IMG/VR virus record: IMGVR_UViG_3300007754_000852
Strand: one strand, 5' to 3'
Length of the DNA stretch: 64,000 nucleotides
DNA from: a virus
Lineage: Duplodnaviria > Caudoviricetes
Shown: positions 17,004 through 26,751 of the stretch, piece by piece
Layout of the letters: each line of letters opens with the position of its first letter
Position numbering within the stretch: the first letter of the stretch is position 1
Translations under genes and position numbers: made by a program
The notes under the pieces: generated by a model
What the model saw: only the letters and a program-made list of their open reading frames with translations
Databases searched by the model: none
Told to the model about the DNA's origin: nothing

Positions 17004-17960
17004 CTAGCTTTTTGTAAGTGTTTCGATGTATATCAAATCAGTGCCGTCAAATGTTACACCAGTATTTTCATAGCCGTATGTTGCACCCTCAATTCTTCCA
17101 TTCATGTACACCTCACCAATAACCTCTTTTGCATTAAGTGTAAACGTATGTGTTCCCGATGCGAGGCCTTCAAGATACCATATAATTTCTGATGTGTCTG
17201 CACAGTTGTTCCATATGTACCTTGCGCCATAAAATATTGGGCTTAATGACCCATTGCTACCGCTAAACTGATAAACAGCGCCGCCGGCCGAAGCCTCAGC
17301 TATCTGTGATGGATAAAACATCATTTTAACATCTGACGTTTCTGTTAGTGTTATACTGGCACTAACAATACCTTGCATCGTATTTGTAAGAGAAATTTCT
17401 TTATTGTTTGTGCCACTAGCAAATAATATATTTTTGGACACCATTTCTGTAACAGCAACACCAGATATTTTTCCAACCCTCGTTAGCGCACGATTAACTG
17501 TCTCAGCCCATATAATATCAAAACCTTTTCCATTTGTGTCATTGTTTGCATAGTGATTACATGTAATTTGTCCTGCAAGAGGTTTTCCTTTAAAGTAAAA
17601 CGTATGTGATCCAGTGGGTACATTTTCAAAAACATGCATACATGAAAGACTTTGTGCAACATATTGTGTACTTTTGCTAAAAGTTATATATTCCGGACCT
17701 GTTTCATCATAGCTTGTGCTAAACTGTCCCAATGCCGATCCACCATTTTCTTCATATGCAATGCTGGGACAAAATGTCACTTTAACATCTGAGACTGTGT
17801 CAAGCGTCAACTCAGTACTGACAATTGTCTTGTATGGCTTTCCTGATCCGGGTAGGTCTAGCCACGTAGTTCCCTCGTTAGCCCCGCTTGAAAATAAAAC
17901 ATTTGAACCGTCTGATGATGTGATAAATGTTACACCTGTAATTTTTTTTATATTTGACAT
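17004..17960 (-). CDS. Putative fibre-tip/receptor-binding protein with two tandem beta-sandwich-like domains
   Basis: Two internal copies of L(T/S)xxSDVK...P, GxHTF and D(I/L)IxxET. Confidence 0.6.
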   Translation of the reverse strand: MSNIKKITGVTFITSSDGSNVLFSSGANEGTTWLDLPGSGKPYKTIVSTELTLDTVSDVKVTFCPSIAYEENGGSALGQFSTSYDETGPEYITFSKSTQYVAQSLSCMHVFENVPTGSHTFYFKGKPLAGQITCNHYANNDTNGKGFDIIWAETVNRALTRVGKISGVAVTEMVSKNILFASGTNNKEISLTNTMQGIVSASITLTETSDVKMMFYPSQIAEASAGGAVYQFSGSNGSLSPIFYGARYIWNNCADTSEIIWYLEGLASGTHTFTLNAKEVIGEVYMNGRIEGATYGYENTGVTFDGTDLIYIETLTKS

Positions 17961-18440
17961 TTATCTGTTTATTGTTTCAATATAAAGTACATCTCTTCCT
18001 TCGTTGACGCCGTCGACGCCAGCTACACGATTCATTTTTACCTCACCATTAATTGATTTGACCATCAGCGTAAATGTTTGTGTTCCAGACGGAACATCTG
18101 AAAAAATCCACTGGAAACCTGCAGAGTGTGTTTCCCATGACCACCCACCACGTGTAAAATACCATTCAGGGCTGTTTTCAATTGTTCCGTCACTACAGCT
18201 AATGTATGCAAGCCCACGGCCTTGAGCTACATCTTCACGAATTCGAGAAGGAGACCAATAAGCTTTTACATCGGAAGTAGTTGTAAGAGCCAGACTTGCG
18301 CTAACATGTGACACATAGCTACTTCCAATATCAACATCATCAAATAGCTCATATGTTCCAGATGAAAATAGTTTTGGTAGCTCGTCTACAGGGCTGCTGC
18401 TAGTTGTAAACGTAGCACCGCTAAAGACAATTGCACCCAT
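17961..18440 (-). CDS. Single-domain paralog of the downstream two-domain protein
   Basis: SASLALTTTSDVKAYWSPS, GTQTFTL and RDVLYIETINR match both domains of 17004-17960. Confidence 0.6.
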   Translation of the reverse strand: MGAIVFSGATFTTSSSPVDELPKLFSSGTYELFDDVDIGSSYVSHVSASLALTTTSDVKAYWSPSRIREDVAQGRGLAYISCSDGTIENSPEWYFTRGGWSWETHSAGFQWIFSDVPSGTQTFTLMVKSINGEVKMNRVAGVDGVNEGRDVLYIETINR

Positions 18441-18444
18441 TGTT

Positions 18445-19392
18445 TTATCCTAGCTCAACCCAGTCGCCGCTGGGATTAAAGTAGAATACGTTTGCTGTAT
18501 CTGTGCACCAACCCACAACACGAACGAAATTACCAGCAGTAGAAGGAGCTGTTGTATCAACTTTTCCCGCTGTTGTACTTACAAATATAGCCTCTCCCTT
18601 TATAAAATTATTTAGTTCTGTTGTTCCGTCAAAAAATCCCCTAATCAACAATCCATTTGCAACAGTTGTTCCTAGCGCAATTGCTATCATTTGTGAGCTT
18701 CCTGATGTAATTATATTTGCATCTGCATATTTCCATATGCCGCCTGAGTCTAGGCACATTAACTTTCCTGCAGCAAGTGTATCAGTTACGTCTTCTGTGC
18801 CGAATGTTATAACTTCGCCGCCGCCAGTATCATTTGCCAAACTAGAAGGATCATGATGCACATCTAATCCAACCTTTGGAGATGTTGTTCCAATCCCAAC
18901 AATGTTATTTGTGTCATCATAAAAAATTCCAGATGTGCCACCAAAAGAGCTATTATTGTTATACTGAATTTGACCATCTGATCCACCTGGGCTTCCTCCT
19001 CCTCCTCCGGATCCAGATGTCAAATCTGTTTCTGCAACATCAAAAGATTGCCAGTAAATTTTTCCGTCTGTCTTTGTATAAAGCCAGCCTTCTCCGTCAC
19101 CTGGCGCGGATGGTGTCGAACCTTGCTCAGACGTAATTGCTATTTTCCCAGATACATCTAATAATGATATTGGTGTTGATGAGCCTACTCCCACACGATC
19201 GTTTGCGCCGTCGACAAATAACATGTGTGCGTTACTATCGCTTTCAACCCTAAAATCATGTATAGACCCCTCTTCGTTGAATATTGCTGCTCCAGAAACT
19301 ATCAGCGTTGCATATGTCGTACCTTCAGACCCAGAGACAATAATTCCTTCATTGAACTTAACAGTTCCTGCACCGTAATTCTTAACTGCCAC
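18445..19392 (-). CDS. Tail-fibre-like structural protein
   Basis: DFRVESDSNAHMLFVDGANDRVGVG, Gly-rich linker with GSDGQIQYNNNSSFGG, and VRVVGW...FYFNPSGDWVE C-terminus typical of marine phage fibres. Confidence 0.7.
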   Translation of the reverse strand: MAVKNYGAGTVKFNEGIIVSGSEGTTYATLIVSGAAIFNEEGSIHDFRVESDSNAHMLFVDGANDRVGVGSSTPISLLDVSGKIAITSEQGSTPSAPGDGEGWLYTKTDGKIYWQSFDVAETDLTSGSGGGGGSPGGSDGQIQYNNNSSFGGTSGIFYDDTNNIVGIGTTSPKVGLDVHHDPSSLANDTGGGEVITFGTEDVTDTLAAGKLMCLDSGGIWKYADANIITSGSSQMIAIALGTTVANGLLIRGFFDGTTELNNFIKGEAIFVSTTAGKVDTTAPSTAGNFVRVVGWCTDTANVFYFNPSGDWVELG

Positions 19393-19440
19393 ACTTTCTC
19401 CCGATAGATAACCTATAATCTAACTATCAAAGAAATACTG

Positions 19441-20379
19441 CTATTGTCTCCTGTCAAGACAGTATACAGGTGTTTGTTTAACTTCTTCTAGCAAAGAATC
19501 AAGATCAAGACCAGCACAATCAATTTTATTTTTTGTGAAGTTGTAGTGGTTGCAGAATCCATTGAACCTTCCTTTTGCTACGTCATCATTCATCGTTGTG
19601 TCAAGAACACCTTGGGAATTTTTTGGGAACTCAAGCGGGATACCAAGGCCGACATGGATCGCCTTCCAGAGAGCCTTAAGCGCCTCGATCTGAACTGGGT
19701 AGAAATCTAAAAATGGCTTTTTCTTATTACCGTGCACCCATCCTTCTGTCTGAAGCGGCCGCTCTCCGAAGCCATTCTTGACATACCAGTCCTGATATTT
19801 TGTATAGTACGCATCAGAAATTTCAACTCCGATACCTTTCTTGTTTCCGTGTCGATTTCCTGCATGCCAGGCGCCATGCTGTGTGTCAAGAAGCTGGTAT
19901 ATCGTTCCGTCATTATCGATGCAAAAGTGAATTGATATTCCCCGATTATTTAGAACCTTTGCACAAGACTCTGAGCTGAGACACACGTCCCAGTGGTTGA
20001 CAAAGTGTGTCGGCTGTCTGTCCTCTTTGCTGCTATTATCATAGTATGTTCCTGGATTCATCTTTAACCCGCCTGGCTCATCCCAAAGCACAACCTTGTC
20101 CCACTCAATTGAAATAAAATGACTATTGTGAACTATGTGCTTAGACCCCTGACGGTGAGGAACAGATCTCGGCTTGTAGTCTGAGATGTTAGACTGTCTT
20201 TCCGTCCATATCCTTCTATGCGTCATCGGACCGACAAGCCCGTCAGACTTTAGATCATTCTCTCTCTGCCACTTTCTTACAGCCTTTAGAAGATCATCGT
20301 CAAAATATTCAGCCCCGAACCAGGAGGGATCCCAATCGAGGCTGTCTGCGCTTGACTTATTGTAAAATATTTTATCCAT
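19441..20379 (-). CDS. Endolysin: peptidoglycan-binding domain plus N-acetylmuramoyl-L-alanine amidase
   Basis: AVRKWQRENDLKSDGLVGPMT (PG-binding), VNHWD, SIHFCIDNDGTIYQ, AWHAG and GVEI (Amidase_2). Confidence 0.85.
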   Translation of the reverse strand: MDKIFYNKSSADSLDWDPSWFGAEYFDDDLLKAVRKWQRENDLKSDGLVGPMTHRRIWTERQSNISDYKPRSVPHRQGSKHIVHNSHFISIEWDKVVLWDEPGGLKMNPGTYYDNSSKEDRQPTHFVNHWDVCLSSESCAKVLNNRGISIHFCIDNDGTIYQLLDTQHGAWHAGNRHGNKKGIGVEISDAYYTKYQDWYVKNGFGERPLQTEGWVHGNKKKPFLDFYPVQIEALKALWKAIHVGLGIPLEFPKNSQGVLDTTMNDDVAKGRFNGFCNHYNFTKNKIDCAGLDLDSLLEEVKQTPVYCLDRRQ

Positions 20380-20791
20380 CGCTTTCCTTTATCTCTCCTT
20401 CTAGCTTCTTCCACCTCCCTTTACCAGAGAATCTTGTAATTCCATGCGGACGAGGTTCATCAAATTCATCTAGTGATACAAATATAATCTTATCAACTGA
20501 CAATAGTATCTTTTTTGTTCTTTTATTTCTTACTTCCATCTTTAGTGTTATTGATGTTGTTCCAAATTTAACTATATCAGTTCCAAACTCAACAACGTCT
20601 CCCAGCCTGGCAGGATATCTAAAGTTTATTTCTGACATGTGAACTGTTGCAATATTTCTAGTTCCAAGCTGGCAAAAACAAAATATTGATGCCTCTTCAT
20701 CACACCACTCAAGAAGTCTTCCTCCAAATAGTGTCCCTCTCGCATTGAGATCTTCAGACTTTATAAGCCTTCTAGCTCTATATTCTATCAT
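20372..20791 (-). CDS. Hot-dog-fold acyl-CoA thioesterase (YciA-like)
   Basis: DLNARGTLFGGRLLEWCDE and INFRYPARLGD. Confidence 0.85.
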   Translation of the reverse strand: MIEYRARRLIKSEDLNARGTLFGGRLLEWCDEEASIFCFCQLGTRNIATVHMSEINFRYPARLGDVVEFGTDIVKFGTTSITLKMEVRNKRTKKILLSVDKIIFVSLDEFDEPRPHGITRFSGKGRWKKLEGEIKESDG

Positions 20792-21396
20792 TCAAAATCG
20801 ATATCTGCGGTAATTGTAATATTGAGCTTAGGCACTCTTAACTGATTTGCAAGCCCATGCTTTTTAGCCTCTTCAGAATCTAAAAACCAATCTGCGTGAC
20901 CTTTTTTATGAACTAGCTTCAAAAAATAATCATCCCTTTTTCCGCAGTTTCTTGCCATCATCTTATAAATGATCTGATTTAATCTCTCAGTCTCCTCTGC
21001 AGAAGCCTTAATCTCTTCCACCTTTCCCCGTTCCATTGAAGACACATCATGGATCATCAGCGTGGCATCAGGATCCATGAACCGCAATCCATCCGCTCCA
21101 AATGAAAAAAGAATGGCGCCACATGACATTGCCTTACCTTCAACAATTGTAGCAACAGGTAACTCAGAATGTTTTATAGCTGAAATCATTGACATCAAAC
21201 TGTAAACCTGTCCTCCATATGAGTCTATGGTGATCGGAATAACTTTTTGACCTGTGTTATGAGCTTGTGCAACTGATTCATGAAATTCTTTTGCGGATTT
21301 CTCATCAAACTTATTTACTCTCACTATTACAGGATTCTTTCTCAGCTCAAATTCTTTAAGCAAGGGTGATATTTTTGTCGTCCACTTCATACACAA
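20788..21396 (-). CDS. clpP: ClpP-family protease
   Basis: IDSYGGQVY, AMSCGA (catalytic Ser), LMIHD (His) and DWFLDSEEAKKHGL. Probable start is ATG 21390. Confidence 0.88.
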   Translation of the reverse strand: MCMKWTTKISPLLKEFELRKNPVIVRVNKFDEKSAKEFHESVAQAHNTGQKVIPITIDSYGGQVYSLMSMISAIKHSELPVATIVEGKAMSCGAILFSFGADGLRFMDPDATLMIHDVSSMERGKVEEIKASAEETERLNQIIYKMMARNCGKRDDYFLKLVHKKGHADWFLDSEEAKKHGLANQLRVPKLNITITADIDFE

Positions 21397-21428
21397 TACC
21401 TATAGAAGAAATATTTTTTTTTATTTAA

Positions 21429-23882
21429 CTAACACTTGCTATATCCGCATGATTTACATGCGACACATCCTTCCTGATATGCCAGGCTATTCTCAGACCC
21501 ACAACTAGAACACGACTTATTTCCTCCGGGCTCTAAGCCATCAATAATGTAATTTTTAAGAACTCTTGCAACAACCTTTGAGAATGAAAATAGATCAGCA
21601 TCTCGATCACCCTTCTGAAGCTGCTCACAGATATAGTGAACGGGTGCGCCGTGACGAAGAGCAAGAGATATCGTCCTTGTAAAAGATGTATGATTTGGAT
21701 TATCAAACACCTTCACAATATTCTTAATAACAACCTCATCTCCATTCTCACCAAATCTTAAATCATATATTGAATTCATCGTCTTTCTTAGATGCTTTAC
21801 AATAATGCCTTTTCGATATTTTCTGGGAATTTCAATATACTCAGACAGACCGCCCAGAATTTCGTAAGGCTTGCTATTCATCAGACCTATGAGTATTGTC
21901 CACTTCTCACCCTTAATTGACACATGATGAATGTCACACTCAAGATCATTTGGTCTCTTTGGCGCAGAATGTGTTGTAAACGTTTCGTTGTTATTTTTCT
22001 TATCAACTAGAACGCCTGCACGAGAACCCTCTCTATACACTGTGAAACCCTTGCAACCTGATTCCCACGCCTTCTCGTAGATCTCTCTAACAGCTTCCTT
22101 TGACACGTTAGCAGGAAGGTTGCAGGTGCTTGCTATTGAGTGATCTATCCACTTTTGTGCTGCAGCTTGGATCTCAACCCTCCGCAGCCAGTCAATTTCT
22201 GAAGCCGTTGCTTCCCAATACGGTGATTCCTCAATATTATCGTTTTCTGTTACGTCAACCCATCTCTGGACACCGTGATGATGAACGTCATACTCGACCC
22301 ACTTATCACCCATGTCGTCGACGAAGCTTGCCTCAACATTTTCACCATGAGTTATCTTTCTTCTACGAGTGTATGTTAACATAAAAACCGGCTCAATTCC
22401 TGATGATGTTTGGGTTAAAGTTGAAACTGAACCAGCGGGCGCCGTTGTAGTAAGCGCAATATTTCTCCTACCGTTTCTTTCATATAGATCATAAAGCTCA
22501 TCGCTTGATCGCAAGAGCTTTTCAAGATGTGGGTTACCTGACTCACTCGCATGAGAGAAGACAGGAAATGTACCTCTCTCTCCAGCCATTATACACGATG
22601 AGATGTGAGAATTGACGCCGAGGTTTTTGTAGATCTTTTCAACAACCTTGACAGATTTCTCTGATCCGTATCTGATGCCTAGCATCGCAAGAGTGTCGGC
22701 GACACCTGTAACACCCAAGCCTGTTCGACGGCCTCGTAGTGCCTGTCGCTTGACTCCCTTCCATAGGTCGATCTCAATTCTCTTAATGTTTTCAGGCTCA
22801 GGATCGTTAGCTATCTTATCTATTATCTTATCAACCTGCTCTACCTCAAGATCGATCAGATCATCCATTAGCCTCTGGGACTTCTGAACAACTGTTGCAA
22901 ACTTTGTCCAATTGAACCTAGCATGAGTCTCAAACGGCTTCTGAACAAACTTTGTGAGGTTCACAACCATCAACCGGCAACTGTCGCGCGGGCTCAAAAT
23001 TATCTCTCCGCACGGGTTACTTGACACTGTTTTAAAGCCTACATCTGCATAGCAGTCAGGAATTGAGTTATTGATCACATTATCCCAGAAAAATATTCCA
23101 GGTTCGGCCATTGACCACGCTGAATCTACAATCTGATCCCAGACTTCTGACGCTCTTACAGTTTTTGTGATTGCTGGATTATCAGAATCAACTGGCCATT
23201 GAAGCTGATATTCTTCGTCGTTTTTGGCGGCGATCATAAATTCATCATTCAAACGAATTGAAATATTGGCACCGGTTACCTTCTTGAGATCGCGTTTTAT
23301 ATTGATGAACGTTTCGATCTCAGGATGACGGCAATCGATCGAAATTAATAAGGCTCCGCGTCGTCCGCCCTGGGCTACTTCTCTCGTAGAGTTTGAAAAG
23401 CGCTCCATGAAGATGCCGATGCCGTCAGTTGTTCGAGCAGCATTTGACGTTGCGAGGCCCTTTGGTCTGATATTCGAGATGTCAAAACCCACTCCTCCGC
23501 GGCGTTTCATTATCTGGACCTGCTCCTGATCAGTGTGAAGAATTCCTGCATATGAGTCAGAAGGAGAGTCGATGACAAAACAGTTTGATAATGACTGTAG
23601 CTGGTGATCATTTCCAATTCCAGACATGGGTGAACCTTGCGGAACCACCTGCCACGTCGAGAGAAGGTCATAGATCTCATCCTCAGTCATTGGGTTGGGA
23701 TAATTTGACTCAATCCTTGCAAACTCAGAAGCCAGTCTTCGATGCATATCGTCTGGCGTTAACTCAAGAACATCTCCATTGCTGTCTGTTAGCGCATATT
23801 TTGTGGCAAAAACTGTTGCTGCTAAGTGATCTCCGCTAAAATAATCAACACTAGCATCAATCACTTTATCAACTTTTGCCAT
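21429..23882 (-). CDS. nrdJ: Class II (adenosylcobalamin-dependent) ribonucleotide reductase
   Basis: LSNCFV, GGGVG, RRGA, SNPCGEI, TTAPAGSVS and C-terminal CxxC...CGYSKC. No adjacent small subunit. Confidence 0.9.
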   Translation of the reverse strand: MAKVDKVIDASVDYFSGDHLAATVFATKYALTDSNGDVLELTPDDMHRRLASEFARIESNYPNPMTEDEIYDLLSTWQVVPQGSPMSGIGNDHQLQSLSNCFVIDSPSDSYAGILHTDQEQVQIMKRRGGVGFDISNIRPKGLATSNAARTTDGIGIFMERFSNSTREVAQGGRRGALLISIDCRHPEIETFINIKRDLKKVTGANISIRLNDEFMIAAKNDEEYQLQWPVDSDNPAITKTVRASEVWDQIVDSAWSMAEPGIFFWDNVINNSIPDCYADVGFKTVSSNPCGEIILSPRDSCRLMVVNLTKFVQKPFETHARFNWTKFATVVQKSQRLMDDLIDLEVEQVDKIIDKIANDPEPENIKRIEIDLWKGVKRQALRGRRTGLGVTGVADTLAMLGIRYGSEKSVKVVEKIYKNLGVNSHISSCIMAGERGTFPVFSHASESGNPHLEKLLRSSDELYDLYERNGRRNIALTTTAPAGSVSTLTQTSSGIEPVFMLTYTRRRKITHGENVEASFVDDMGDKWVEYDVHHHGVQRWVDVTENDNIEESPYWEATASEIDWLRRVEIQAAAQKWIDHSIASTCNLPANVSKEAVREIYEKAWESGCKGFTVYREGSRAGVLVDKKNNNETFTTHSAPKRPNDLECDIHHVSIKGEKWTILIGLMNSKPYEILGGLSEYIEIPRKYRKGIIVKHLRKTMNSIYDLRFGENGDEVVIKNIVKVFDNPNHTSFTRTISLALRHGAPVHYICEQLQKGDRDADLFSFSKVVARVLKNYIIDGLEPGGNKSCSSCGSENSLAYQEGCVACKSCGYSKC

Positions 23883-23899
23883 AGTGAGCTCCTGTCGGC

Positions 23900-25303
23900 C
23901 TATTTGTCATTAATTTCCTTCCATTTACTTCTAAGAAGCCCTTTCATAGATGCATTGTCTGACGCCATCACCTCGTCAATAGATAATTCATCGCTACCTT
24001 CTACAATAACAAATTTTGACATAGACGTATCTAGTTTGACAGGAAATAATATTCCATCCTTTCCCGCCCTGTTTTTTGCAACAAACAACCTACCCTCTCC
24101 AGATGCCTTCTCAGATGACTTCCTTGAGAGAGATAAAACAATATCTGACACCATCGCCTTGCCATAGGCTTCAGACATATTTTCAAGACCTATGATTGAT
24201 GAATTCGCCGATTCTCTATGGGCTTGGCTTGCGGTCCAGACAGGTACGTTTAGGTCCATTGCAAAATTTCTTATCTCTTCATAGATTGATTTTAACTCGT
24301 GCCTTAGACTTTCATGCTTTCTTGATGATCTCATGATATCAGCATAGTCAATTATGATGAGACTTGGAATAAATGACCTAAGCAATAATTTTTCTAAGTG
24401 ATTTCTTATAGTCATGATCGTTGCTGAACCTGTTGGGAATGACTTTATGATCAGCCTTCCAAGATCCATCCCCTCATACATAGATAAGATCTCATCCTTT
24501 CTATCTATCACATCATTATTTGGTATATTACAGAGGTTTGAATCATATCTAAGACCCACACATGCTTCAGACAGCTCAAATGTATAGTGAACAACATTTT
24601 TTCCTATTCTTAATGCCTCTGAACCCACATGAACGAGAAAATGTGACTTTCCTCCTCCTGTGCTTGCAATGATGACGCCTATCTCTCCTCTTCCCAGCCC
24701 TCCATTCAGAACGCTCTTTTTATCAAGCTGCTTAATTCCAGTCGGACATGTTGATCTCGCAGTCTTAGAAAATCTAACGTTTGCATCGTCAAAAAAATCA
24801 TGACCGATAGATGATGGTGTTCCGACAGAAAGGGCATCTTTTATTACATCAATAACAGACTCATATCTATCTGTTGATATAAGCTCAACAGCCTTTTCTA
24901 GAGCATCTTTTAAAGCCTGCTTTTTGCAAAAGTCAAGCGTCTTATCCTTGACAAACTGTAGATCTCCCATATCAGGATTTGTCTTAACCCTGTGAAGAAA
25001 CTCAATTATCTGATCTCGCAAAAGAACATCGTGACCTTCACGCAGCTCGTCTCTAATAATTGTTATAAGTAGAGACAATGTTGGAAATGACTTATACGTC
25101 TCATGATAGTCAAAATATTTTCCCGTTAGATACTTTAGATATCTTACATCAAAATAGTCAGGTGTCATCACCTCAGATAGCTGTGATGCCCACTGTTTAT
25201 CTGTCAATAAGCACTGAAATATTTTCTCCTGAAACTGTTTTCCATACTGTTTAAAGCATGCTGTGTCTATCTCAGTGCTCACTTTTTCTCCAGGTTTCTG
25301 CAT
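23900..25303 (-). CDS. DnaB/gp41-like replicative helicase
   Basis: Walker A ASTGGGKS, IIIDYAD, WTASQ and AKNRAG. Confidence 0.92.
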   Translation of the reverse strand: MQKPGEKVSTEIDTACFKQYGKQFQEKIFQCLLTDKQWASQLSEVMTPDYFDVRYLKYLTGKYFDYHETYKSFPTLSLLITIIRDELREGHDVLLRDQIIEFLHRVKTNPDMGDLQFVKDKTLDFCKKQALKDALEKAVELISTDRYESVIDVIKDALSVGTPSSIGHDFFDDANVRFSKTARSTCPTGIKQLDKKSVLNGGLGRGEIGVIIASTGGGKSHFLVHVGSEALRIGKNVVHYTFELSEACVGLRYDSNLCNIPNNDVIDRKDEILSMYEGMDLGRLIIKSFPTGSATIMTIRNHLEKLLLRSFIPSLIIIDYADIMRSSRKHESLRHELKSIYEEIRNFAMDLNVPVWTASQAHRESANSSIIGLENMSEAYGKAMVSDIVLSLSRKSSEKASGEGRLFVAKNRAGKDGILFPVKLDTSMSKFVIVEGSDELSIDEVMASDNASMKGLLRSKWKEINDK

Positions 25304-26250
25304 GCTAAAAACATTCTATCAACATTAAACGTCTGAATTCCCTCTCTAATAAAAATTCTCATCATTTTCATCTTGTTTCTTGTAGGATCAAACATATCAA
25401 TACTGTCATTTATCTTCTTTATCTGACTTGCAGATAAGTTGTTCGTGTCAAGTAGTATTAGTTTCCAATTTCTTCTAATTACACCTTCTAAATTAAGAAT
25501 GTTCAAGTATGCTTTTACTTTACTTCCAGACTCAACCATGTCACGTGAGTGCCTGATGACGTCATCAATCAAAACATCAGACTTTTCACTCATCATTGGA
25601 AACCTATTGGCAAGAGTTTTAAATCCAACACCTTGCACTCCGTCAATATTGTCTGCCGGATCTCCGCAAACTGACTTTGCAAGACAAAAATTTTGTGGAG
25701 ATATTTTAAACTTTTCTCTTACCTCTTTTGACGTCACTAATTTTTTCCAGGTTGGTGAAAATATTATTGTACTTTTATCTAGAAGCTGATAAAAATCTTT
25801 ATCTGATGAAATTATTAGCTTTTTATTATCTGCATATTTGTATTTACAGATATATCCGATTACGTCATCTGCTTCACAGTCTGGAACATATATCTGACAC
25901 ACAGGAGTGTTATTTAACAGCTCTATGATGAGAGAAACCTGACTGTTTCTATTATTAACAGTATCTGGAAGTTCATCACCATAGAATCTATTTAGCTTTG
26001 CCGGTCTTCGCTTCTGTTTATACTCAGAGTAGATTGATCTTTTTCTAGACGACCCACCCGACTCCCAGGCAACAATTACTTTTTTAGGGTTGTATTTTTC
26101 AACCATTCCTATCATTGAATATAGAAATCCTACGACACCACCTACCTGTTCACCTGTCGATGACACAGCAGGATTTGCAACAAAGTGACGAGTAAACAGA
26201 TTTAATCCATCAATAATCAGAATTAAATCACGAGACCCTGAGCCTTGCAA
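25279..26250 (-). CDS. 5'-3' exonuclease / flap endonuclease (T4 RNase H-like)
   Basis: IIDGLNLF, YKQKR, CEADDVIG, SSDKDFYQL and GDPADNIDGVQGVGFKT. Confidence 0.9.
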   Translation of the reverse strand: MQGSGSRDLILIIDGLNLFTRHFVANPAVSSTGEQVGGVVGFLYSMIGMVEKYNPKKVIVAWESGGSSRKRSIYSEYKQKRRPAKLNRFYGDELPDTVNNRNSQVSLIIELLNNTPVCQIYVPDCEADDVIGYICKYKYADNKKLIISSDKDFYQLLDKSTIIFSPTWKKLVTSKEVREKFKISPQNFCLAKSVCGDPADNIDGVQGVGFKTLANRFPMMSEKSDVLIDDVIRHSRDMVESGSKVKAYLNILNLEGVIRRNWKLILLDTNNLSASQIKKINDSIDMFDPTRNKMKMMRIFIREGIQTFNVDRMFLACRNLEKK

Positions 26251-26253
26251 AGC

Positions 26254-26751
26254 TTAATCCTCTGGATCAACAATTAAAACGTCTTCAGATAGAGATTTCA
26301 TCTCTTCATACGACTCTAAGTCAATGCTAGCTTCATCTATGCTGAATTGTTTTACCATCGCTATCTCAAGAATGTCATCGACATACTGGCTATATTCTGT
26401 GTTTCTCATGATATCGCAAAATTCATTTTTTCTAAATTTTTTATCTATGACGATCTCACCTGTCTTTACATCTGTTACACTCATGGTCTTCCATCCACCT
26501 GTGCCTGCTAGCAAGATCTCCTTTCCATTAACAGTCTCAGGCCCGTGCTTTCTCAAAAGATCAAAAATTTGCTCGTGCTCTTTAATTCCCACACCAAAGT
26601 GAATCTCAAAATTTATTTTTCTAAATGGAGGGGCAACCTTATTTTTAATTGTCTTTGCAGACACATGAATTCCGATGACATCATCACCATCCTTTATCTG
26701 CTGTCCAGCTCCTAGCTTTATTCTAGTTGAAGCATGAAAAGGTATTGCTCT
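26254..26751 (-). CDS. recA: RecA C-terminal exon (3' exon of the recA-C cistron)
   Basis: Frame is open from 26751: RAIPFHASTRIKLGAGQQIKDGDDVIGIHVSAKTIKNKVAPPFRK, the RecA ALKFYASVRL...KNKVAPPF region. 498 nt, in frame to the stop. Confidence 0.9.
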   Translation of the reverse strand, partial: RAIPFHASTRIKLGAGQQIKDGDDVIGIHVSAKTIKNKVAPPFRKINFEIHFGVGIKEHEQIFDLLRKHGPETVNGKEILLAGTGGWKTMSVTDVKTGEIVIDKKFRKNEFCDIMRNTEYSQYVDDILEIAMVKQFSIDEASIDLESYEEMKSLSEDVLIVDPED

